Below, in pieces: positions 1-11,995 of a DNA stretch of 64,000 bases (within the stretch, counting starts at the first letter, position 1; every line of letters begins with the position of its first letter). The stretch is from Octopus vulgaris (taxonomy: Eukaryota), in NCBI GenBank assembly GCA_951406725.2, contig OX597827.1, positions 6,014,001-6,078,000 on the forward strand, read 5' to 3'. Below the pieces are notes generated by a model that saw nothing but the letters and a program-made list of their open reading frames with translations, searched no databases and had not been told where the DNA came from. The position numbers and the translations under genes were made by a program.

Positions 1-5
1 GAGAA

Positions 6-43
<38 letters not shown>

Positions 44-554
44 GCACATACAATATACTGATTCTCGTATTATTAGATCGTTGGTGCCTTTTTATAATGA
101 ATTAGTAATAGATTAAGATACCTGTAGATATCTGTAGTTTCTTATTAGCTGCCTGTAGATATCTTATTTCTTTTCTTGCACCTGCCTTTCTCTTATTTCT
201 TCCCAATACTGCCAACTTAAAAATTATGGAAATCACCTAGAATGATCTCATTACACAAGTAATTGAATAGAACTTTCCTAAATTCTAAGCCTTTTCTGAT
301 ACTTTTAGCATTTCATTAACTGTAACTAATAAATAATCCAGCTTGTAGATTTAGCAATTCAATAAAAGACATTTTTGTTAATTGTTGTTCTTGAAATTGT
401 TATTTACCAGGTTTATAAAAAAAAATTTTTTTATGTATATTATTGTTGTGTTTTTGTTCTATTTGCTTTTCAGTTTTATTCTTGCTTTCTCTTTCTTCGT
501 GAAGTTTGTCTCATTATTACCATCGTTAGTGTTATCGTATTCAGAGTTTCCATC

Positions 555-652
555 ACAACCATCATCATTATCATCATCATCAGCAGCAGCAGTAGCATCC
601 TCCTCCTCCTCCTCCATCTCCTCTGTTCCCTGTTGTCGACACCACCACCACC

Positions 653-686
<34 letters not shown>

Positions 687-847
687 TCATCGTCGTCGTC
701 ATCGTCGTCGTTGTTGTCATCATTTCACTCATTGTAAGTGCCACTTGTCATCGCAATATCATCAGAATGATCACTGCTACTGATACCACCACCGCCACTT
801 CCACCATCATCGCTGTTATCATCATCATTGTCATTGCTATTGTTATG

Positions 848-886
<39 letters not shown>

Positions 887-945
887 GTTGTCGTCATCAT
901 CTTCATCATCATCATTAACATTATCATCATCATCATCATCACCAT
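555..945. repeat. Imperfect (CAT/CAC/CGT)n trinucleotide microsatellite
   Basis: Direct reading; explains the poly-H/S/I/M ORFs here. Confidence 0.95.
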
Positions 946-1284
946 CTCCACTCTAATTAAGCTTAACACCTATCATAAATATTGTAGATATAACCAATTC
1001 AATGTTTATGTAAAGTAATCAGTCATTTAATAGCGAAGCAGAAATATGAAAATAAAGTAATTGAAAATAATTGGCTTAGAATAACTATTTTCTTAACGAC
1101 TACTTGTTAAAATTTTGAACACAATTTGTTAAAATAGTATTCAATTTAAAATAAAACTAAATGAACCTTCAGTCACAGAAGAAAGAGAATCTAGTACAAT
1201 GATCATACATACAAGTCAACAGTAATTTAGAAACATTTGGTAAAATGAAAGCAAGGAATTATTAAAAAAATTTTTTTAAATTTT

Positions 1285-1560
1285 TATCTAGTTTCAGCTC
1301 ACAAGCTATGGCCATGCTGGGGCACCGCCATTTGGTGTTGCTACATGATTTTACTTCACGAATGCTTTTTAGCAACTGCCATTCAGTGCATGAGAGAGTT
1401 CGATGCAGCTGCCCTCATCTGCACCTCCTGCCGTGAAGTTGGTTCATCTGGGACACCTGACAAGAAGAGATCCAGTTTTATTTTAAAGACATCTGCATCC
1501 ACCCCATGCAGGTCTCTTAGGTTCTTCGGGAGGATATTGAAGAGCTGTGGGCCCTCGGAA
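1285..1560 (-). mobile_element. CR1/L2-group LINE 3' end (ORF C-terminus plus 3'UTR)
   Basis: Minus strand reads GPQLFNILPKNLRDLHGVDADVFKIKLDLFLSGVPDEPTSRQEVQMRAAASNSLMH*, then the tail ggcggtgccccagcatggcc...ctgaaac; homologous to 55033-55251. Confidence 0.8.
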
Positions 1561-1714
1561 TGTGGACTTATGATTTTAATTTCTAAGGAGACAACTCTAC
1601 ATAAGCTCGAGTCATGCCACTATGAAAGTTTTGTACCTTGTAAATCAGTCATTTCTCAGTCACTCATCTATCATTCATTTCTTAATCACTCACCTGTCAC
1701 TTATGTCTGTATCG

Positions 1715-1800
1715 CTCTTCTCTATCACTCATCTTTCTATTACTCATTTCTCTATCATTCATCTCTTTACCACTCTTCTCTTTATTACTCATCTCTCTTC
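1715..1800. repeat. Degenerate 15-bp tandem repeat (tatcactcatctttc-like)
   Basis: About five to six imperfect adjacent units. Confidence 0.7.
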
Positions 1801-2404
1801 TCGCTACTGCTGCTCCCATGATGAAATACATCAAACACATTCTGGAAAGTGATTAATGGTTGAGTAGAGACAGGAATGTTGCTACAGTATGGGAGCAACT
1901 CCTGAATTTTCCCCAGGTCCTCAGCCCCCACTTCTATACAGGTATATACAGCAGACTGAAGAGCAACACCCCTATAAAGGAATCACCTAGAGCAGACTAC
2001 CCCCTGTCACATTATGCTGCTCAGTAGAAGCAACAAAGGATTGAGAGAATCAATCTTTAGTCTTGCTGAGAACACAACAATCTATATATGGTAAAATGCA
2101 CTCTGCAACCTCTGTAAAGTGTTTGGCAAGTTAGCAGACAGTGCCGAGCCATCAGGATATTTTAGTCTTGTCAAAGACATCATAATCTTTCTAGTTCTGC
2201 TATCACAACAAACAGTAACCAGTGCATTCTGTAAATTGGTTGAGAACAGGAAAGACTTCTAGCCATGGAAGCCAAGCCAAAAATGAAACATTTTATGCAA
2301 GATGGAAGTTTTCTGACTTGTCTGGGAGGGCAGTATCTTTAAATTAGATCTGATTTGGACAAAAATAATCCATCCAACCCATGCTAACATGGAAAGCAGA
2401 TGTA

Positions 2405-2423
2405 AAATGATGCTGCTGTTGTT

Positions 2424-2454
<31 letters not shown>

Positions 2455-2463
2455 ATGATGATA

Positions 2464-2503
<40 letters not shown>

Positions 2504-2760
2504 CAATGATGATGACAATGATGATGACGACAGCGATGACAATGATGATGACAACAATGGTAGTGGTGGTGGTGATGGTGGTTGTGGTGGTGGTTGTAGT
2601 AGTAGGTGGTAGTTGTAGTAGTAGGTGGTTGTCGTGGTGGTCTTGGTAGTGGCAGCAGCCATGATGGTGGTGGTGGTGGTGGTGGTGAGTCTCTGGTGTT
2701 AATAGTAGCAGTGGTAGTGAAGATGGCAGTGATGATGTTGATGAAGAGGATGATGATGAT
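2405..2760. repeat. (TTG/GAT/GGT)n trinucleotide microsatellite
   Basis: Direct reading. Confidence 0.95.
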
Positions 2761-3145
2761 TTTGAGGATCCTTAATACAACAAAACATGTTAGCTGGTTA
2801 GATTAAGGTGTCATACATCTAACTAATTACTTAAGAATTTAAATGCTTAAACCTATCAATAGCATTTTCTGAAAATCTATCAAACTCAAAGCAACAATCT
2901 TCCAAGCTATACTGTTCCTCAGTTTTCATTGATGGAAAATCTAAATTCTTCTATTCATTCTAAGAGCTTGCAATTATGTTTAGACTATGCTTTGCTGATG
3001 AGGTTTATCAGGCAGAAACATGTCTGAATTATTTTTTTCCTTTCTCGTAAGCTCCAGGGCTTATAAGGCTAGGGCTCGACCTGGTTGCCATGGTAGACAA
3101 ATGACTGAGGTTACAACACTCTCCCTTGAAACAGGATGCTATTCT

Positions 3146-3389
3146 ACATTATTTACATTATTTACATTCGATGGATATTTGTCCTCATCGTGTTTGTTGT
3201 TAACACAACGTTTCGGCTGATATACCCTCCAGCCTTCTTCAGGGTCCTGGGGAAATTTCGAACCTGGGTTCTCATTCCTAAAGTATTTTTCCTAAGGTAT
3301 TGTTGTGTTAACAACAAACAAGATGAAGACAAATATCCGTCGAATGTAAATAATGTACATAATTCCTCATCTCTTCAATATAGAACTGT
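3146..3389 (-). mobile_element. PLE-type non-autonomous insertion with inverted terminal segment and hammerhead motif
   Basis: Inverted arms 3154-3209/3302-3357; flanking duplication aggatgctattct (3133-3145) / aggatgctaatct (3390-3402); minus strand CTGAAGA-a-GGCTG..CAGCC-GAAAC-GTT. Confidence 0.7.
3200..3246 (-). ncRNA. Minimal type I hammerhead ribozyme motif (stem I degenerate)
   Basis: CUGAAGA core, 5-bp stem II GGCTG/CAGCC, GAAAC, palindromic ACGT stem III. Confidence 0.55.
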
Positions 3390-3449
3390 AGGATGCTAAT
3401 CTGTTGCAGGGTTCACTTGCCAACTATTGCTGGAACTCATTTACATCTG

Positions 3450-3582
3450 AGTAGGAAGGGCATCCAGCTGTAGAAACATTGCCAGATAAGATTGGAGCCT
3501 GGAGCAGCCTCCTGGCTTCCCAGATCCCCGGTCAAACGGTCCAACCCATGCTAGCATGGAGAACGGACGTTAAACGATGATG
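3450..3582 (+). mobile_element. RTE-related non-autonomous element/SINE with (GAT)n tail (family D)
   Basis: aggaagggcatccagctgtagaaac...ccaacccatgctagcatgga...gttaaacgatgatg; other copies near 12010-12177(-), 31810-32110(-), 35670-35835, 46090-46255, 52040-52320, 57420-57742, 63040-63460. Confidence 0.8.
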
Positions 3583-3890
3583 TCTTCTACTATAGCCTTA
3601 GGTTGACCAAAGCCTTGTGAGTGGATTTGGTAGACGGGAACTGAAAGAAGCCCATCGTATATATATATATGCGTGTGTGTGTTTGTGTGTCTGTGTTTGT
3701 CCCCCTAGCATTGCTTGACAACCGATGCTGGTGTGTTTATGTCCCCGTTACTTAGCGGTTTGGCAAAAGAGACCGATAGAATAAGTACTGGGCTTACAAA
3801 AGAATAAGTCCCGGGGTCGAGTTGCTCGATTAAAGGCGGTGCTCCAGCATAGCCGCAGTCAAATGACTGAAACAAGTAAAAGAGTAAAAG
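3582..3890 (+). mobile_element. tRNA-derived CORE-type SINE (family A), 5'-truncated
   Basis: Matches full-length copy 13003-13430. Confidence 0.85.
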
Positions 3891-4531
3891 AGAGAGAGTC
3901 TCATGGCATCAGAGCTTATCCAGGTTCTAAAGTGTTTAAGCAGCTGAGGTAAAAAAGTCGGAGTCTGAATTGGGCCCCTGTCTATCACAGGGTTAACCCT
4001 AGCAACTGCGAGAGCTCATTTTTATCTGAATAGACCAGAACAGTGTAAAATGAAGAGCTTTACTCAAATATATTATATGCTACCTGCTTGGAGAATTGAA
4101 CCCAAAACCGAATGAGTGTGAGCTTGACACCCTAGTGCCTTTACAGCACAACTAAAAATCAGACTCACTCTCCACTGCTTTTCATATGTAATTGATTTTA
4201 ATTTCCTTTTTATCTTCAATATTGTCTGTCTTTCCCTCACTTTTTCATTTCTGTTACATGTCGCCTTGTTTATCATTGATTCATTCGTCACCAATCTGAT
4301 ATAACATGGTACACCTAATTATGAACCATGTTATGATTAACATGCATTGAGTAATCATAACATGGCTCTATCATGTGTGATAACACAGGTCAGATATAAG
4401 CTATAGATTTTGCTTATATCGCAAAAAGTGTGTCCAAGAAACCACCCACAAAGCTCAGCTATCCAGGATGCACTGACTACCTTATTATGTTTACATGACT
4501 GTGCTGTAAGACTACATATTTTGTTATAAAT

Positions 4532-5032
4532 AATAAAAGGATAAAATTAATTAATTATTAATTAATTTTACCGAGTAGTGTTCAGTATGTAAAAAGACCA
4601 TTTACGGTATATTTAAAACATTACGTTATATAATTAGGGTTCAGTAAAATAATTTACCTTACCACACACCGAACTTTTAGAAATAGCAGCCAAAAAATCT
4701 TAGGATGGTTTGTCTGGGATTACTCATATCAGACGGGTATGTTCGATTTTTAGTGCTCTCAAATCCAAATCAAAAGAAATCTTTGAGCTGACGAAGGAAA
4801 TGTTGATCTTTAAATTCAACTAATCCAGAAACGGCCGTTCTCAAGTAATCGATGTACGTGTGATCTTTCGTTATTTTTCCCTCTATACCCGTGTGAATTA
4901 TTTTTGAGTATGCATTGTCTGGGAGATTTTTCTTATAGTAGAAGAAATAGCTAAGATTTTTTGGCTGCTATTTCTAAAAGTTTGGTGTGTGGTAAAGTAA
5001 ATTATTTTACTGAACCCTAATTATATAACGTA
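4532..5032 (+). mobile_element. PLE-type fold-back insertion with hammerhead
   Basis: 84-bp inverted arms 4620-4703/4951-5034; 16-bp direct repeat atattttgttataaat at 4516-4531 and 5033-5048; hammerhead in the spacer. Confidence 0.75.
4783..4844 (+). ncRNA. Minimal type I hammerhead ribozyme
   Basis: TTGAG-CTGACGA-[aGGA..GTTGA..TCAAC..TCCa]-GAAAC-GGCC-GTT-CTCAA: perfect stem I TTGAG/CTCAA, canonical core, palindromic stem III ACGGCCGT. Confidence 0.75.
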
Positions 5033-6269
5033 ATATTTTGTTATAAATGTATTCATGCACTCATACCCGTCACCATGGGACCAGTGAACAGAAAAATATG
5101 AAGGCACCTGATCCCAGCAAATGATGCCGATAAGTGTTTTCAATATGGGAAAAGGTAGAGATAATTGGTAAAATATTTGATGGTGGAAGCTTCACTGCTG
5201 TGGCTGCCAGTTTAGTATCAAGGAATCTACCATTCATTCCATTTACAAAGGTACATGGAGATGTTTCATTTATCTCAATGTTTTTTTTTAACCAAACCCC
5301 CATGCTAAACAGGGATAGATGTACCAAAGTTCATCATGTTGATAATAACTATTTTTAGCATAAAGCCATCATGGTGCAATGAATTACAATACTTTGGATT
5401 ACTACAGTCTATTTATTATTAAATGTTTATACAACAGACATACCATTGTTCTTATTGTTATGATTGTCATTCTAATAAATTGAATTCCTTAATTTACAAT
5501 ATATCAAGTATAATAACACTCTATTATTAAATATTCATAAAAAAAAAACAAATATATTCCAGCTTTTCTAGTTATTTTTAAAACATAATTCTCCACACAT
5601 TCTTTTCTCAGTAATGCAGTTAGTATTAGTGAAGCCATTCAGCTAAAGACATGTTTTTTTTTTTATTGCAAAATGCATCAAAATATCAGAGTTTGCAAAA
5701 CCATCATAGAATAGTCTGCAAATTGATAGTGAAAGTATGAAATGAAGCTAGCCACATTGACTCAAGAGAGAAGAGTAATCTAGTTCAGTATCCATCAATC
5801 TCTTCCACAAAATGAACGAAAACAGAGTTGAATCTGTCTTTTCAATCATGGAAAATGTAACAAAGATATCAGCCCATCTGGGCAAACCTGCCTTGAAATG
5901 GAATGAAATGAAAATAAAGCCAATATCTATTATATAAACCCAAAGGTGAAAGCAGTTCTGTACCAAAAATATCAGATTTGCATTTATTTGAGTAGTGTTG
6001 TTTGAAAGAATGAAGTACGATATTTTTATGCTTAAAGTTACCAAATTTTCAAAGAAACCCACTGGAGGCATATAGCTTAGGTAATTGACATGGAACTGAA
6101 ACTAAGATACCTGTTAAAATTACAACAAAAATATACCTAAACCATTTTTACACTGTTTTGTTAAATCACACACACCCACACACACACACAAACACACACA
6201 CACGCATTCACTCATGTCTACACATATTTAATCTGTAATCTTTAGTCCAACAAAATATATTTTATTTCA

Positions 6270-6830
6270 CCTATGGCTTGTGGTAATATCAGATCTGCCT
6301 CGCAACGAAATGCCATATTTACCAGGCACTTGTCTGAACGGTTCTCCTCTATGATTGTGAGACCTGGTCATTGAGTGTCGCTGATCTCCAGAAGCTGGAG
6401 GTCTTCAATCAATTCTGTATTCATCATCTTCTCTGACTGCATATCACAGACTGCGATTTGGATCGACAACTTTACGCTCACTGTGGTCTCTCACCGCATG
6501 AGGGAACTCTTGTGCTTTGGTCACACTGTGTGGTGCCCCCAAGACCAACACCTCTGGAGCTTAAATATCCAATACATCATAGTGCCCGATCCTTCCCCGG
6601 GTTGGTGTAAGTGGAAAGATGGTCAGCTGAAGATGTGGATCCCTACAGTCAAAGATATGGAGCTTGTTTCCAGCCCTTGAATCTTTGGTGTTCATTGCTG
6701 GAACTGGAAATGACTTCAACATGCTGCAGGGTCAGTCACCAAGTAACGTGCATGGACCATTTTGACCCCTCGGCATGGTGAACTCAACAGGTGCCAGCTT
6801 AACCCTTCCTGGCTGAATGCAATTACATAA
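6270..6830 (+). mobile_element. Decayed RTE-clade LINE 3' fragment
   Basis: Frameshifted pieces LLCFGH...PGWCKWKDGQLKMWIPTVKD resemble the RTE C-terminal region. Confidence 0.5.
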
Positions 6831-6898
6831 AAAAGACTTATGGCCCTTTACTCTAAAGAGACTGGACATGGATTTTTGGAACTTGTTACTCTTTATAA

Positions 6899-6899
<1 letters not shown>

Positions 6900-6932
<33 letters not shown>

Positions 6933-6955
6933 ACATACATACATATATATATATT

Positions 6956-7006
<51 letters not shown>

Positions 7007-7160
7007 CATACATACATACATGCATGCATGCATACATACATGCATACATACATACATACATACATACATACATACATACATACATACATACATGCATGCA
7101 TGCATGCATACATACATATATACATACATATATATATATATATATATGGGTGTGTGTGCG
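6900..7160. repeat. Compound (TG)n/(TA)n/(CATA)n microsatellite
   Basis: Direct reading. Confidence 0.95.
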
Positions 7161-7319
7161 TCCCCATATAAAAGAAAATAAGTGGGTTTTAAAATCTGCT
7201 ACAGCTGTTTCAGTAGGATTCACAGCATTTTACTCATATAGTCACAGATTGTTCATCATGCTAATTGGTAAATAGGTCGTCTTCTAGTTTTACCGTGCCT
7301 GTTTATACATGTCTGAAAT

Positions 7320-7400
7320 TTTATCTGAGGATGGTGGATTTACATTATGATTTAATCTATGATTGTATCAATAAAGTGCTACCAAAACAGCTGTAGTAAA
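7320..7400 (+). ncRNA. Decayed minimal hammerhead motif (PLE-type)
   Basis: tttat-CTGAGGA-t-GGTGG...CTACC-aAAAC-agct-GTA-gtaaa; G12 appears lost by CpG decay; a degenerate inverted motif (gaaacagctgta) lies at 7195-7230(-). Confidence 0.45.
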
Positions 7401-7500
7401 TTTTAAACTCTTTTGTACATATGCCACACCTGGAACCAACCCTGGAGTTGGAACCTATGCATACACATATGTATATGTATGTGTGTGTGTACATACATGC

Positions 7501-7532
<32 letters not shown>

Positions 7533-7907
7533 CCATCCATCCATCCACCGATCAATCCATACATATATATATGTATGTATGTATATGCATATATATGCAC
7601 ACACATATGTATACAAATATACGTCTCTGTGTGTGTCTGTGTGTCTGTGTGTCTGTGTATATATATACATACACACACATATATATATATGTATATATAT
7701 AATGTTGCCACTTGATTTGAAAATTTTTGTATTAATGGAAAACCTCTATAATTGACTGATGAGTGCTCAGCATTTTAAAACTGTTGTAATACTTACAACA
7801 TTTAATACAATGATGTAGTACGAATCGATCGTACCAAATTACCGGAGTCATTCTTGTTGCTTATTTTGAGTATATATATATATATATATGTGTGTGTGTA
7901 TATATAA

Positions 7908-7989
<82 letters not shown>

Positions 7990-10708
7990 GGTGGGTAAAA
8001 AATGATATTCAATACAGGATGCTACATAGTGTGCATATTGTTAATGAAAATAGGTGAAAGATGTTTGAAATCAGCTAATTTTTTCAATCCCTACATCGGT
8101 ATTCCAAGAATGGGACCCTATTTAATTGAAAATGTAAAGCAATCTTCTGTTTAAACATACAGCCAGCATGATGTATTAGATATTTAAGCTCCAGCATTGA
8201 TGTACAAGTAGAGAATGCCCAGTAATATTAACAATAACTTAATATTCCTTCAGCAAATTACACATAACAACATTTTCTCACTCAGAATCTATTAAAATCA
8301 AAAAGTAATTAATTTTTAAATTATCTAGCTTTTAGGTTAGATACAACAAATTGAATGTCTTTACTGGATCAGTTTCATCCATAACGTTTCTTTGATGCTG
8401 TGTGAGAAAGAGCTTTACATAAGAAATATGAGAGGTTTTTATGGAATATAAAACTTGAACACAAATTGGATAAAACAGTTTTCTATTTCAATCCAATCTG
8501 CTAAACTGACAGAAGCTATTTGGTGGATATCAGAATATGGTCATCGGAACTTATTCTTATAAACCTACAGAAATAAAAGCACACGTAAGGGACGAAAAAA
8601 AAAAATTTTCCCTTGAATTTAAAAATCTACAAATGAATTTATGAATGGAAAAGCAATTATACAGAAGCATTTACACATAAATTTAACCTTGAAAGAAAGC
8701 ACCAAAATCATCAAACAATGCTGTGCAACTATTTGTATTCATATTAATAATATATAGTAATAGTTAACAAATGAAATAGCCATAAAATTTGTTACTATTT
8801 ATGAGTTTTCAAAGCGTTGTTGAAATTTTAGAGAAATACATTTTAGTTGACAGCATATGTTAGTCAGAATTTAGTGCTGTAAGTTGTGGTTTGTTACTAT
8901 AGAAACTAGTATGTAGGTTAGAAAAGTAACAGAGACTAGAATGTTACCGTTTTCACTGGAAACTAAGCTGCATTTGGACTAGTCCGCATCCCCACTTTTA
9001 CATCTATAAAAAAGAAGAAAATACTTTTTGAATCTAGGCCGACCCATGAGGAAAAGACGAAATTTATTCTCACTGTTAGCATTTATTTGGTAAAAAATTT
9101 GATCAATTCTTGCCTAGATTTTAGTCATTTTTGAAATGGAAAATTTCTGTCAATTACAAAAGAGGCAATGAAAAGTTAAGCTTTAAACTTTGAAGAAAAT
9201 GTCAAAGAAATGATTAAAAAATGTGAAATATCTCTGAAAAGGTAACTAAATAAAATTAAACAATCTAAGCATATTTCAAAGATGCCGTCAACAATAGTAA
9301 TACGTCGTTATCTATGGTATTGACATTTATATTATGGAAACAATGTGTGGGAAGTTTTATTGATGTTCGTTTTGCAACTATGTGAGTTTGGATTTGGTCT
9401 CACTATGTGGTACCTGAGAAGGATATCTTCTGTCTGTAGCCTTGGGCTGATGAAGAAAATCCTTGTGGCCAAAATTTGGTTGACAGAAATTCCACGAAAG
9501 CTTGTTGGATAGACTGTACAAATTCTTGCTTGGCAAACAAAACTTCTCAGATTTAACACGATCACTTGGCTTTTAGATGACTTCCATGGGGTTCATTCTG
9601 TTGCAAGCATTTGCACAAGGTCTTTATTATGAGAATAAGTTCCTGTAAAAGGTCGTTAGTGATACCCTTCCTTTTCTGACTAATCCATGGAAATGTTTCA
9701 TGAAAAAATTAATAAAAAATTTTTTTGCAAAGCAATACCACTCATATCTGTGAGATTATCAGAGTCAAAAATGCTAGCATTATTTAGTTGAAGCCCTTTA
9801 TGTTTGAATTCAAATCTTGGTGACTCAATTTCATCTTTCATTCTTCTGTGTGAATAGAATAAAGTACCAATTTAAGGCTTGCGATTGATTCAAATATTCC
9901 TTTAAAGCATTCTGGATATGATAGGAATTATAAAAATTAAGGTACAAATCCACTGAATAACTTCTAATCTTATATCCATAAGAAATCTTCTAGCCAAAGG
10001 ATGAAAGCCCTTGGAAGATGATTCATATCTCAAATACTTAACATCCCATTTCCTTCATTTTATTCACACCCTAAAAGGTTCCTTCAACTAGTAAAAAAAC
10101 ATAACCACCCATTCTATTCTCATTTAAACTATATAAGACCGCTTCAAATTGCAGATATTTCCACCTTCCATTCTATTCATGATGAAAGGGTAATATAGTC
10201 TCTCTTTCATTTAACCCCTTTGAGAGTTTGTACTTTAGAAAACAGCAATTTCTGACAACTTTTCTCCAAGTTTTAACTATAACTGGTGTATTTCAACTAT
10301 AACTTACAGTTGTAGTCTGTTGTAATTTATAGATAGTTTGGAATCTTGCTAAGTGGAAATATAAAATATTCAGAGTTAGTGAACACTTGAAACAAAAAAT
10401 ATATGATATCAAACTTTTGGGTATAGAATAATTTAAAGAATTATTTCAGTTTCTTTCACCTTGACTTACACAATCATAATAAGTCTCTATGTGTTTGTGT
10501 AACTTCCTAGAAATAGCTACTAAATCTCCTTTAAAATCACCTCTTAAAATGTAATCCTGTGTACACAACAGCTAAAAAAGTATTTTAAAAAATAAAACAG
10601 GTTTCCACAGCAGAAGTGCTTTTGATAATAATTCAGCTTCTGTTGTGGCAATATAGGATTATGCAACAACTCCAAAATCATAACATTTTTAATATCTTAT
10701 AGTTAAGA

Positions 10709-10925
10709 AGGTGGCAAGCTGGCAGAAATGTTAGCACGCTGGGCAAAATGCTTAGCAGTATTTCATCCGTCTTTACATTCTGAGTTCAAATTCCACCGAT
10801 GTCAACTTTGCCTTTCATCCTTTCAGGGTCGATGAATTAAGTACCAGTTGAGTACTGGTGTCGATCTAATTAACTGGCCCCTTCCCCCAAAATTTCGAGC
10901 ATTGTGCCGAGAGTAGAAAAGAATA
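10709..10925 (+). mobile_element. tRNA-derived SINE family B, full length
   Basis: Head aggtggcaagctggcagaaatgttagc, B-box-like gagttcaaattcc, central block ctttgcctttcatcctttcagggtcgat; more than 15 copies in the window. Confidence 0.9.
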
Positions 10926-11314
10926 TCTTACTGCAAACACCATGTTTCACTCTTAAACAGTGGTTTTCAGTACTTTTGACTTTGTAGCATAACAGAGACT
11001 AAGTGCAAAGAAACCTGGTGAGCGAATTTGTAAAATGGAAACTGTGTGGAAGACACACTCATTCACTCATATATATATTCTTTTATTCTTTTACTTGTTT
11101 CAAACATCTGACTGCAGCCATGTTGGAGCACTGCCTTGAAGGGATTTTAGTTGAACAAATTGACCCCAGGACTTATTTTTTAAGTCTAGTGCTTATTCTA
11201 TCAGTCTCTTTTGCAGAACCACTAAGTTATGGGGGACCTAAACTCACCAACATTGATCATTAAGCAGTGATGGGTGTCAAACACAGACACAAAGACAAAC
11301 ATGCATAGATATAT

Positions 11315-11347
<33 letters not shown>

Positions 11348-11420
11348 AACAAACACATATATATGATAGATCGTTAGCTCCTACACGTATTTTTTTCTCT
11401 CCTTGTTTTTTTTCAGTGTA

Positions 11421-11458
11421 TCTTTCTGTCGAAGAGCGTAGGCTCGAAACGTAAAAGA
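11421..11458 (+). ncRNA. Minimal hammerhead variant (A6U core) in a PLE-like end
   Basis: TCTTT-CTGTCGA-a-GAGC-gtag-GCTC-GAAAC-GTA-AAAGA: stems I and II perfect; related decayed copy at about 31695-31735. Confidence 0.55.
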
Positions 11459-11629
11459 CTTGTTCTATTTCTATTCCTGAGCGCTATACTAATACATTTG
11501 TTTGTTTGTACTCCACCTGCCTTCGTCTTTTGTTTATTTTTGTAAACCTTCCCGTTATATATATATATATCATCATCATCATCATCGTTTATCATTCGCT
11601 TTCCATGCTAGCATATATATATATATATA

Positions 11630-11995
11630 TGAGCTTCTTTTAGTTTCTGTCTACCAAATCCACTCACAAGGGTTTGGTTGGCCTGAGGCTATAGTAGAAG
11701 ACCAAGGTGCCACACAGTGGGACTGAACCCTCCAAACCCTGTGGTTGGGGAACAAGCTTCTTACCACACAACATGCCTGCATCTTTTATCTTTTACTAGT
11801 TTCATGTATCAGACTGTGGCCATGCTGGGGCACCACCTTGAAGAATTTTTAGTCGAATGAATTGACCTCAGTACTTTTAAAGCCTGGGACTTATTCTGTG
11901 AGTATCTTTAGCTGAAACGCTAAGTTACAGGGACTTAAATGCACCAGTACCAGTTATCAAGTAGTGGGGGTGGGGGCTGACAAACACAGACACAA
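11630..11995 (-). mobile_element. SINE family A fragments
   Basis: Reverse-complement matches to 13003-13430. Confidence 0.8.

Noticed and set aside
375-1018. Poly-His/Ser/Ile/Met ORFs
   Set aside because: Trinucleotide microsatellite open in several frames; no splice or domain support.
5070-5358. Overlapping 85-aa and 74-aa ORFs in unique DNA
   Set aside because: No recognisable domain or convincing exon boundaries.
9414-9642. Single in-frame TGA suggesting a selenoprotein exon
   Set aside because: No redox motif, no recognisable family and no SECIS seen.
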